Source: Opitutaceae bacterium (GTDB taxonomy: Bacteria; Verrucomicrobiota; Verrucomicrobiia; Opitutales; Opitutaceae). Taken from it: a stretch of DNA of 64,000 nt. The stretch covers positions 677,228 to 741,227 of the forward strand of contig JBDZVH010000003.1 of the NCBI GenBank assembly GCA_040255565.1, given 5' to 3'. Position 1 is the first letter of the stretch. The number at the start of each line of letters is the position of its first letter. Shown piece after piece: positions 46,789 through 55,136 of this stretch. The position numbers and the translations under genes are program-made. The notes beneath the pieces are model-generated. The model ran no database searches. It saw nothing but the letters and a program-made list of their open reading frames with translations, and was not told the origin of the DNA.

Positions 46789-48686
46789 AAAGAGACCAGT
46801 GAAGAGGCCGGGCGCGCGGTATCCGCCGCCGGCTCGATCGCCGCCCGCCAGCACTCGCGCAGCGCCGCACCGAAACGCGCCGCCTGGCCGGCGTGATCGC
46901 ACAGCGGCGAACGCGACATCCGCGAGCGCAGTTCGGCGCGCAACGTCGCCAGGCGATCCGCATCGCGGGCGAGCCGCAGCGCGATTTCAAGATATTCGTC
47001 CGGCGTCCGCGCCACCCAATCGGCGCAACCGACCGCGCTCAACAACGACAGGCCCACGCGCGAGGCATGGCGATCGCCCAGCAGCGCGACCACCGGCACG
47101 CCCATCCACAACGCTTCGCACGTCGTCGTCGTGCCGTGATAGGGAAACATGTCGAGCGCCACGTCGACGCGCCCATAAAGCGCGAGATGCGACGCGGTGT
47201 CCGGCGTATGCGCCAGCAGCTCGACGCGATCGCCCGCGAGACCCACGGCCTCCAGGCGACGCAGCAGCGGTTCACGCACCGCCGGTTCGGCCAACCCGCC
47301 GGCCTTGATCAAGAGGCGGGAATCCGGCAGCTGCGCGAGCAGACGCGCCCACAGCCGCAGCATCGTATCGGTCGCCTTCGCGAAATTGTTGAACGAACCG
47401 AATGTCACACCGCCCCGCGTCAGACACGGCGGCGGCGAGGGCTCCGGCGCGCTCGCGGGCGGCAGATAACACCAGGCCACGTCCGCGAAGCGCACGAGTT
47501 TCTCCGTGTGAAACCTGTCCGCCTCGCCCGCCGGATCCGCGATCGCATCCGTGAAACGATAATCCATCGCCGGGACGCCCGTGGTGTTGGGATAACCGAG
47601 ATAAGAGATCTGCACCGGCGCCAATCTGCGGGCGACCAGCGGGAGCCGGTTCAACCCGGTGTGGCCGGCCAGGTCGACCAGAAGGTCCGGCGCGTCGGCG
47701 CGTATCGTTTTTTCCACGACATCGTCCGCCTGTCCGGCGAAGTGCCGCCAGAGTGCCGCCTTGGAACGCAGCGCCGCGGAAACGCGATCGACCACCGGGT
47801 GATCGTGATACAGCACGATCTCGAACGCGGCCGGATCGAGATGGCGCAACAACGGCTCCAGAAAATAGGCCACCGAATGCTCGCGCAGGTCCGGCGAAAG
47901 AAAGGCGACGCGCAACCGCCGCGCGGGATCGTCCGCCCGGATCCGCCGCGGCGGGGCCGGCAGTTCGCGTCCGAAGGCCACATGCTCCGCCAGGATCTCC
48001 TCGCGGCTGCGTCCGTCGAGACAGTTGAGCACCATCAGCCGATAACTTCTCGCTTCGAGTTGCCGCGGATCGCGCGCGAGCACCGCCGCGAATTCCGCCT
48101 CCGCTTCAACCACGCGATGACATTTGTAGAGCGTCATGGCACGACCGGCTCTCGCCCGCAGATGGCCGGGATCGAGCTCGAGCGCGCGATCGAAACATGC
48201 GAGCGCCTCGGTCGGACCGCCTTGAAGGGCAAGGGTCGCGCCGAGCGCCTGCCAGCCCTGCGCGAAATCGGGCTTCAACTTCACGGCCAGCCGCTGCGCG
48301 TCGATGGCTTCTGCGATGCGCCCGCTCGTCTTCAACACCAGTGCCAGATGATGCCACGCCTCAGCGTGCCGCGGCACGGCCGCGACCACGCGTCGCAGGA
48401 TCGCCTCGGCCTCCGCCGTCCGACCGCACGCGATATTCGCGACGGCAAGACCGAACGCCGTCTGGTGCGACGCCGGGCTGAGCTTCAACGCCTGTGCGAG
48501 CCAGCGCGTCGCCTCTTCCGTTTTCCCCGCCAGCAAGGCCGTCATGCCGGCCTGATGCCACGCCTGCACATCCGACGGCACGAGCGCGCACGCCCGTTGA
48601 TAGCACGCCAGCGCGTCCGCCAAACGTCCTTTGCGGCGCCAGGCGTCACCTTCGGTTAACAGGTGTTGATGTCTAGCGGGCGGCAT
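46785..48686 (-). CDS. TPR - GT41 (OGT-like) glycosyltransferase, paralog 3 (first gene of the island)
   Basis: 633 aa: FPYHGTTTTCEALWMGVPVVALLGDRHASRVGLSLL. N-terminal TPRs. Confidence 0.8.
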   Translation of the reverse strand: MPPARHQHLLTEGDAWRRKGRLADALACYQRACALVPSDVQAWHQAGMTALLAGKTEEATRWLAQALKLSPASHQTAFGLAVANIACGRTAEAEAILRRVVAAVPRHAEAWHHLALVLKTSGRIAEAIDAQRLAVKLKPDFAQGWQALGATLALQGGPTEALACFDRALELDPGHLRARAGRAMTLYKCHRVVEAEAEFAAVLARDPRQLEARSYRLMVLNCLDGRSREEILAEHVAFGRELPAPPRRIRADDPARRLRVAFLSPDLREHSVAYFLEPLLRHLDPAAFEIVLYHDHPVVDRVSAALRSKAALWRHFAGQADDVVEKTIRADAPDLLVDLAGHTGLNRLPLVARRLAPVQISYLGYPNTTGVPAMDYRFTDAIADPAGEADRFHTEKLVRFADVAWCYLPPASAPEPSPPPCLTRGGVTFGSFNNFAKATDTMLRLWARLLAQLPDSRLLIKAGGLAEPAVREPLLRRLEAVGLAGDRVELLAHTPDTASHLALYGRVDVALDMFPYHGTTTTCEALWMGVPVVALLGDRHASRVGLSLLSAVGCADWVARTPDEYLEIALRLARDADRLATLRAELRSRMSRSPLCDHAGQAARFGAALRECWRAAIEPAADTARPASSLVSL

Positions 48687-48948
48687 CCGATCGAAACCGC
48701 GGCTCCGAACGCCGCGAAGCTCCGGAATTCGCCACGATAAGTGTCAGGGGGCGGCTGTTCGTGCACATGACCGCCGGCTGACTGCAAAACTTGGGCCGCA
48801 AAAGCACATCACCTAACAACCTTATTCATATTAACCTCTTATAGAGAATTTTCCCGTCGATTCAGGGGCGAGCGCGCCGCGCGCAGCGAACCGGCCGCGC
48901 AGCCGGCAATAATTGCCGTCCAGCCAGCCGGGTTGGTTAACCACGTCC

Positions 48949-49791
48949 TCAGCTCACTGCCGCGCGCAATGGTCCGAACGACTCGAGGCCCTGTCGCAAC
49001 GCGTCGTCCACTTGCTCCTCGTCGAGGTCGAGATCCCGGCACGCGGCGACGCCGCCGGTCCAGTAATCCGATTCTCCCGGCAGGCCATGCCCTCCCCGCT
49101 CGGCGGCTCCGGCCGCGAGATTGAGCAACTGCGCCAGCGGCGGGGCGCCCGGCACGACGAGATATTGCTGCTGAATCGCCGCAATGGTCGCCAGTGGGAA
49201 ACGCCACTCCTTCAGGATCACCGCCGCCGCCTCGCAATTCGACATGCCGATGAACTGCGTTTCCCAGTCGCCCAGCCGGCCATTTTCGCGACCGCGGTAG
49301 CGCCCGTTGTAGGATCCGTTCCGCGTCAGCCGGTCGAGGGCAACCTTGCCCACGGAGCGCAGGAGCCCCGCCGTGTAGGCGACCTTTGTATCCATCCCAA
49401 CCCTACTCGCCAGCGATTCCATCAGGAGAGCCGTCAGCAGCGAGTTTTCGCGCAGCGTCGCGCCCGCGATGCCGTAAAGCGCCAGATCGTGATCGGCCAG
49501 CTGCGACACCGCCGCCAGCCCGACCAGCCGGTAAACCTCCATGTAGCCGACCCGCGCCAGCGCCTCGTCCAGCGAGCCGTAGGGCTGGCCGGGGTTGTAG
49601 TAGACGCTGTTGCTGATGCGAATGATCCGCACGGTCAGCGCCGTGTCGCGGCGCAGCAGTTCGGTGATCTCGCCCATGTCGGAATTCGGATCGAGCAAGA
49701 GCTGCCCGAGCTGCGACATGATGCGAGGCGCAGCCGGCAGCTGCTTCACGACATGCAGCAGCGTCTCGCGCGGAATCGGCGTGGCGATCAT
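48949..49791 (-). CDS. HDOD domain signalling protein
   Basis: The start was trimmed to the ATG at 49791 (MIATPIPRETLLHVVKQLPAAPRIMSQLGQLLLDPNSDMGEITELLRRDTALTVRIIRISNSVYY). Confidence 0.8.
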   Translation of the reverse strand: MIATPIPRETLLHVVKQLPAAPRIMSQLGQLLLDPNSDMGEITELLRRDTALTVRIIRISNSVYYNPGQPYGSLDEALARVGYMEVYRLVGLAAVSQLADHDLALYGIAGATLRENSLLTALLMESLASRVGMDTKVAYTAGLLRSVGKVALDRLTRNGSYNGRYRGRENGRLGDWETQFIGMSNCEAAAVILKEWRFPLATIAAIQQQYLVVPGAPPLAQLLNLAAGAAERGGHGLPGESDYWTGGVAACRDLDLDEEQVDDALRQGLESFGPLRAAVS

Positions 49792-50017
49792 GCGGGATGC
49801 TATCGTCTCATCTGGCCTCAAATTGAAAGAAAACCGCGCCGCGGCGGCGTCGGTCGCAGCCGACGCAAGACTTCCGCACTTGGCGTGCCGGCGCCCGGGA
49901 TGCCGGCAAGCGGGAGGGCCGGTCGCGCATTCCTCCCTCAAGCCGCGAAGGCGCGGTCCGATTTAGCGTTCCGTGCCCAGGAGCGCGGGAGATGCCCCCG
50001 CGTTCGACTCCACCCGC

Positions 50018-50953
50018 ATGCTCCTCGAAACACCCATTCCTTTCGCGACCTCCTCCTCCCAGCCACCCTTCTCCGACGACGCGATTCGCCGGCGCATCGA
50101 CGCCTGCCCCAAGCTCGGATCCCTGCAAAGCATCAACCGCGCACTGAGCGATCTCGTGCATTCGGAGCAGAGCCTGAACTCCCAGATCGCGGAGATCATC
50201 CGCCGCGATCCGTCGCTCGCCGCACGCCTGCTCCGGATGGTGAACTCCGTTTACTTTGGCCTCTCCACCCGCATCAACAACATCGAGGAAGCCGTTTTCT
50301 TCCTCGGTCTGCGCCAGATTCGCGAGCTCTCGATGGCGACGCCCGTGATCGAGGAGCTGGAGCGCCTCCAGCGCAATTCCCACGCCGTCCTCCCCTGGAA
50401 GGACCTCTGGAGCCACAGCATCGCCACCGCGATCGTCACCCGCGACATCCTCGCGTCGACGTCGCTCCAGATCGACGACGACACCGACTATCTCATCGGC
50501 CTGCTGCACAATGTCGGCAAGGTCGTCATGGCCACCGCGTTTCCCGACGAGTTGCAAAAACTGATGACCATGCCCGCGCGCACGCCGGCAGAGTTCTGCA
50601 AATTCGAACGCGAGCTGATCGGCTGGGACCACGGCCAGATCGGCGCGCACTACCTCAGCCGCCACCAGCTCTCCGACGAAATCGTCAGCGCCGTCCGCTA
50701 TCACAACAACCCCGCGGCCGCGCCCCAACACCAGCTGTTTGCCGCCGCCGTGCAGGTCGCCGATCACCTCGTGCGTCACGCGGGCATCACCGGCGGTTTC
50801 GAACCCGTCGCGCATATCGAGCACGACTCGTGGCTGCTGCTCGACGGGTGGAAAATCCTCTACGAAGCCGACGCGCCGGAAACCATGCTCGCGCGCGCCG
50901 CTCTCGCCAACACCCTCAGCCGGCTGCCGTCGATGCTGCAGGGCCTGCTGTGA
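50018..50953 (+). CDS. HDOD domain signalling protein
   Basis: CPKLGSLQSINRALSDLVHSEQSLNSQIAEIIRRDPSLAARLLRMVNSVYFG...LLHNVGK. The start is either 50018 (MLLETPIP) or 49973. It is divergent from the HDOD gene at 48949. Confidence 0.8.
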   Translation: MLLETPIPFATSSSQPPFSDDAIRRRIDACPKLGSLQSINRALSDLVHSEQSLNSQIAEIIRRDPSLAARLLRMVNSVYFGLSTRINNIEEAVFFLGLRQIRELSMATPVIEELERLQRNSHAVLPWKDLWSHSIATAIVTRDILASTSLQIDDDTDYLIGLLHNVGKVVMATAFPDELQKLMTMPARTPAEFCKFERELIGWDHGQIGAHYLSRHQLSDEIVSAVRYHNNPAAAPQHQLFAAAVQVADHLVRHAGITGGFEPVAHIEHDSWLLLDGWKILYEADAPETMLARAALANTLSRLPSMLQGLL

Positions 50954-51004
50954 GCCGCCCACCCCATCCTTCCCGCCGTCGCTTCGCGAAGGCGCCCCAA
51001 GCCA

Positions 51005-51025
51005 GTGTCATACATTATATGACAC
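51005..51025. promoter_or_regulatory. palindromic operator-like site upstream of the hybrid kinase gene
   Basis: GTGTCATA-catta-TATGACAC, extendable to 9-bp arms. It sits 50 nt upstream of the ATG at 51075, which has an AGGAGG ribosome-binding site. Confidence 0.3.
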
Positions 51026-51074
51026 TCTGTTTGGACGCTTCAGATCGGGCGCGGTGCACCGATAAGCAGGAGGT

Positions 51075-53000
51075 ATGTCTGTCGTGATGGGCGATTCCGT
51101 CGCCGGCGTCGCGCCTTCGCCGCCGGCAGAGAACTGGCTCGGGCCGTGGGAAACCAGCGCCGACCCGGTGTATTGCCATGACTTGGACGGCCGCCTGCTC
51201 GCCGCCAACCTGTCGTTCGCCCGAAAATTTGGCCGCGTGCCGGCGTCGTTGCCCGGGGTCACCGTGGCGGAGTTTCTTCACCCCGATGACGTCGCGGGCA
51301 TGCACGCCGCGCTCGCCGAGGTGGTGCGTCCGCCGCACCGCGTCACCTGCGAAAACCGCTGGCTCACGCCCCAGGGTGTCCGCTGGTTCGCCTGGGAGAA
51401 GGTGGCCCAACTCGATCCGTCCGGCGCCGTCCTCGCCATCCGGGCCGTCGGCCGCGACATCACCCGCCAGCGTCTCGCCGAGGAACAATTCTACCGTCTG
51501 TCCCGCGCTGTCGAGCAGTCGCCCGTCTCGATCGTGATCACCGATCTCGACGGCCGGCCGCAATACGTGAATCCCAAGTTCACCGAGGTCAGCGGCCGCA
51601 CGCTCGAAGACATCCTCGATCGGCAGCTCGAAGTGCTGCGCGACGGCCATCCCGACGAGGCGTCGTATCAAAAATTCTGGGAAACCGTGCGCGGCGGCGG
51701 CGAGTGGCGCGGCGAGCTTTGCACGCGCCGGCCTGACGGCGCCACCGTTTGGGAATCCGTCAAGGTCTCGCCCATGCGCAATCCCGCCGGCGAGATCACC
51801 AACCTGCTCTGCCTGCGGGAGGACATCACCAGCCGCAAGGCCCTCGAGAGCGAGCTCCGCCAGGCGCACAAGATGGAGAGCCTCGGCACCCTCGCCGGCG
51901 GCATCGCGCACGATTTCAACAACCTGCTCGCGATCATCCACGGCTACTCCGAATTCTGCCTTCAGGGCGGCGCCGACCAGGCGATCCTGCAGAAGAGCCT
52001 GCAGGAGATCCACCGCGCCGCGCAGCGCGCGAGCGGGCTCGTGAAACAAATCCTCACATTCAGCCGGAAGGCGGAGATCCGCTACGCGCCCGTCGATCTC
52101 AACCAGCTCGCGCGCGACCTGATCGCGCTCATGGCGGAAACGTTTCCCCGCACGGTGACGTTCCAGCTGAATCTCGCCGAAAAGCTCCCGCCCCTCCTCG
52201 CCGACCAGACGCAGGTTCAGCAGATCGTGCTTAACCTGTGCGTCAACGCCCGCGACGCTATGCCGCAGGGCGGTGCGATCGCCGTGAGCACGAGCGTCAG
52301 GCTCGGGGCCGAGTTGCAGTCGCGGCACCACGCGGCCGAGCCGGCCCGGCGCTACGCATGTCTCGACGTCACGGATACGGGCACGGGCATGACGCCCGAG
52401 GTGCGCGCGCGGATCTTCGAGCCATTCTTCACGACGAAGGCCGCCCACAAGGGCACCGGCCTGGGCCTCGCCGTCGTCTACGGCATCGCCACCAGCCATC
52501 AGGGTTTCATCGACGTCGACAGCACGCCGGGCGTGGGCAGCACCTTTCACGTTTATCTGCCGCTCGCGACGGAGACGTCCGCGACCGCTGCCACCGGCGG
52601 GTCCGCGGAGTTTCCCGCCGGTTCGGAATCGCTCCTGGTCGTCGACGACGAGACCTCGCTGCGCGCGCTGCTCTCCGCCGCCCTCACCCGCAAGGGTTAT
52701 CGGGTCACCACCGCGGCCACCGGCCTGGAGGCGATCGAGACGATCGGCGACACGAACCAAAAACTCGATGCCGTGCTGCTCGACCTCAACATGCCGGGCA
52801 CCAACGGCGTGCAGGTGTTGAAAGTCCTGCGCGCGTGCCGACCGGATCTGCCGGTGCTCGTCATCAGCGGCCACATCACGCCGGATGTCCGCACGGAGTT
52901 CCAGCAGTTGAACCAGCGGGAGTTTTTGCAAAAACCCTACCGGCTCGACGAGGTCGGCCGGCGTCTGCGCGCGCTGCTGGATCAGACGGCGAAAAAATAA
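51075..53000 (+). CDS. PAS-PAS hybrid sensor histidine kinase with C-terminal receiver
   Basis: 641 aa. Two PAS-like segments, HisKA ([13 protein letters not shown]), HATPase ([10 protein letters not shown]...DTGTGM...[11 protein letters not shown]) and a receiver ([11 protein letters not shown]...[12 protein letters not shown]...LQKPY). Confidence 0.9.
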   Translation: MSVVMGDSVAGVAPSPPAENWLGPWETSADPVYCHDLDGRLLAANLSFARKFGRVPASLPGVTVAEFLHPDDVAGMHAALAEVVRPPHRVTCENRWLTPQGVRWFAWEKVAQLDPSGAVLAIRAVGRDITRQRLAEEQFYRLSRAVEQSPVSIVITDLDGRPQYVNPKFTEVSGRTLEDILDRQLEVLRDGHPDEASYQKFWETVRGGGEWRGELCTRRPDGATVWESVKVSPMRNPAGEITNLLCLREDITSRKALESELRQAHKMESLGTLAGGIAHDFNNLLAIIHGYSEFCLQGGADQAILQKSLQEIHRAAQRASGLVKQILTFSRKAEIRYAPVDLNQLARDLIALMAETFPRTVTFQLNLAEKLPPLLADQTQVQQIVLNLCVNARDAMPQGGAIAVSTSVRLGAELQSRHHAAEPARRYACLDVTDTGTGMTPEVRARIFEPFFTTKAAHKGTGLGLAVVYGIATSHQGFIDVDSTPGVGSTFHVYLPLATETSATAATGGSAEFPAGSESLLVVDDETSLRALLSAALTRKGYRVTTAATGLEAIETIGDTNQKLDAVLLDLNMPGTNGVQVLKVLRACRPDLPVLVISGHITPDVRTEFQQLNQREFLQKPYRLDEVGRRLRALLDQTAKK

Positions 53001-53057
53001 TCCGCGCTCCGCACGAGCGGGAGAGCCCCGGCGGTTCGCCGGGCCGGCAATTTGCGC

Positions 53058-53084
53058 TCAGGATTTCCCGCGATGCGCCGATAA
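53058..53084 (+). promoter_or_regulatory. sigma28-type promoter candidate (perfect -10, weak -35)
   Basis: TCAG-N15-GCCGATAA, 52 nt upstream of the ATG at 53137. Confidence 0.35.
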
Positions 53085-53136
53085 CCAGCGTTGGGCGAAT
53101 ACCGGACAATCCATCACATGGACTGCCGTATTATCA

Positions 53137-53736
53137 ATGAATCAACGCGAACCAACGTCCGCACCGTTTGGTGCGGGCCAGGCATTGCCTTGCCTGGCAC
53201 TGTTGCTCCTTACGCTGCTGGCCGGCGTCCGTGGCTGGTCACGGCCCACGCTGCCACCACGGACTGCCAGTCACATCCAACCTTATCTCGTCGCGCTCGG
53301 GGCTCCGCCTCTGCGCTTCGACGAACTCACACCACCTCCCGATCTTGTCACGCGGCCGCCGGCCGGGGCGCCGCCCCAGCCCGTCGAGGTCGCTGACGTC
53401 GCCAACCCTCTGACCAACACCACCGCCGCTCCTGCCGTTCCAACGGCGGATGTCATGGCGCCGCCCGTCGCCGCTTCCAACGTTCCCGTCGTTCCCGGTC
53501 CGGTCGTCGAACCTGCCGCCGTGGACTCCGAACCCGCCGTCGCGCCGACCCGCACGCCGCCGCCGATCATTCCCGACGAGCTGCGACCGCAGGCCCGCCC
53601 CGAAGACTTCCTGCCCTTCTTCCAGATTCCTTCGCCCGCTGGCGACGCCACCGTCATCGTGCCGGTGCCCCGCGCACCCGCGACCGCCGCTCCGCTGCCG
53701 CCAAGCTCGGCGACTTACACGCAAACACCTCGATGA
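53137..53736 (+). CDS. secreted proline-rich hypothetical protein
   Basis: 199 aa. Signal-peptide-like LPCLALLLLTLLAGVRG, then Pro/Ala/Val-rich low-complexity sequence. ATGA overlap with the next gene. Confidence 0.6.
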   Translation: MNQREPTSAPFGAGQALPCLALLLLTLLAGVRGWSRPTLPPRTASHIQPYLVALGAPPLRFDELTPPPDLVTRPPAGAPPQPVEVADVANPLTNTTAAPAVPTADVMAPPVAASNVPVVPGPVVEPAAVDSEPAVAPTRTPPPIIPDELRPQARPEDFLPFFQIPSPAGDATVIVPVPRAPATAAPLPPSSATYTQTPR

Positions 53737-55136
53737 TTTCCCGCATCCGCTCGTCGCCGGCTCGCGCCCGCGCCCGAGATCTCCCGTCCGCTTCTCTCCG
53801 CCATGCCGGACGGCGGGCTCTCGCGCATCGGCCCTCCGCCACGGCCTTGTTGCTGCTTGCGCTCGGCCTCGTGACGCTTCCGGGACGCGCGGAGGACTCC
53901 GCTCACGAGCCGTCCGCGACCTCCGGGTCGGAGTCGGCGGTTGCGACAAACCCGCCCGCAGCGACGTCGGACCAGCCGGAGGAAACCGGCGGCTTGAGCG
54001 AACGCGAAAGCCAGGGGCTCGTGAACCTCGGCGGCAGCCTGACCGAGCGCGGCGACTACGCGGCGGCGGAGATCGCCTTCCGCCAGGTGCTCAACGGCGA
54101 CGCCCCGCTGCCGCAAACCAAGCGCGCCCTGCTCGGTCTCGCGCACATGCACCGCAAACAAGGTTCGCTCACCAAGGCCGCCGCCATCTACGAGCGTTAC
54201 CTCAAGGATTTTCCTGCGGATGACCGCGTGCCCGACGCCCTCCTCGAACTCGGCCGCACGCTGCGCGACATGGGCACCCCGCGGCTCGCCATCGCGCGTT
54301 TCTACAACGTCATCAACTCGACGCTGAAACTTCCCGCCGACAGCGGTTTCGGGCACTACCAATTGCTCGCCAAAACCGCGCAGTTCGAGATCGCGGAAAC
54401 GTATTTCCAATCCGGCGACTACGCCGAGGCCAACAAGTTCTTCTCCCGGCTGCGCATGCTCGACCTCGCGCCGACGGATCGGGCTCGCGCCCATTTCAAA
54501 GCCGCGTTCGCACTCCAGCTCGACGGCGATTTCGCCGGCGCGGTCACCAGCCTTCGCGCCTTCATCGACCAATGGCCGGATGACGAGAACATCCCCGAGG
54601 CGCGCTTCCTCCTCGCGACCTCGCTGCGTCGCCTGAACCGCCCGCAGGAGGCGCTCACTGCCACCCTCGATCTGTTGCGCGCCGAGCGCTCGCGCTCGCA
54701 AGCCGATGCCAAGCGCTGGGCTTACTGGCAACGCCGCACCGGCAACCAGCTCGCCAACGAATTTTTCCAGAACGGCGATTTCCATAACGCGCTTTCAATC
54801 TACAGCAGCCTCGCCGCGCTCGGCACGGACCTGACGTGGCGCCTCCCGGTAACCTATCAGGTTGCCCTCTGCTACGAGCGCCTCGGCGATCTCGAGCGCG
54901 CCTGCGCGACCTACCGCGCCATCGTCGCGGACGCCGGCGAACAGCCCGCCCCCGACCTCGCCGACGTCGTGCGCATGGCGCAGTCGCGGCTCGCACATGT
55001 CGACTGGCGCGACGCGATCAATCGCCGCGTCGCCACCCTCTTTGATTCGACTACGGGGCAAGACATCCCCACTCCTGAAAAACCCGTCGCCAATGACACC
55101 CACCGAAGCTCTGCGTCAGCACCAGCTGCTCTGTGA
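53733..55136 (+). CDS. exported TPR-repeat protein
   Basis: 467 aa. Signal peptide (LLLLALGLVTLPGRAED), then multiple TPR-like repeats (GDYAAAEIAFRQVL..., SGDYAEANKFFSRL..., NGDFHNALSIYSSL...). Confidence 0.75.
   Translation: MISRIRSSPARARARDLPSASLRHAGRRALAHRPSATALLLLALGLVTLPGRAEDSAHEPSATSGSESAVATNPPAATSDQPEETGGLSERESQGLVNLGGSLTERGDYAAAEIAFRQVLNGDAPLPQTKRALLGLAHMHRKQGSLTKAAAIYERYLKDFPADDRVPDALLELGRTLRDMGTPRLAIARFYNVINSTLKLPADSGFGHYQLLAKTAQFEIAETYFQSGDYAEANKFFSRLRMLDLAPTDRARAHFKAAFALQLDGDFAGAVTSLRAFIDQWPDDENIPEARFLLATSLRRLNRPQEALTATLDLLRAERSRSQADAKRWAYWQRRTGNQLANEFFQNGDFHNALSIYSSLAALGTDLTWRLPVTYQVALCYERLGDLERACATYRAIVADAGEQPAPDLADVVRMAQSRLAHVDWRDAINRRVATLFDSTTGQDIPTPEKPVANDTHRSSASAPAAL

Noticed and set aside
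46288-46902. 204-aa version of the TPR-only ORF
   Set aside because: The first 38 codons overlap the C-terminus of the upstream GT41 gene and read as Arg/Gly-rich junk. The ATG at 46788 gives a clean ATGA-coupled start.
48913-52931. Long overlapping ORFs 48913..51087 (+, 724 aa) and 51015..52931 (-, 638 aa)
   Set aside because: These are shadow frames of the two HDOD genes and the hybrid kinase. They contain no recognisable domains, whereas the called frames contain HDOD, PAS, HisKA, HATPase and REC motifs.
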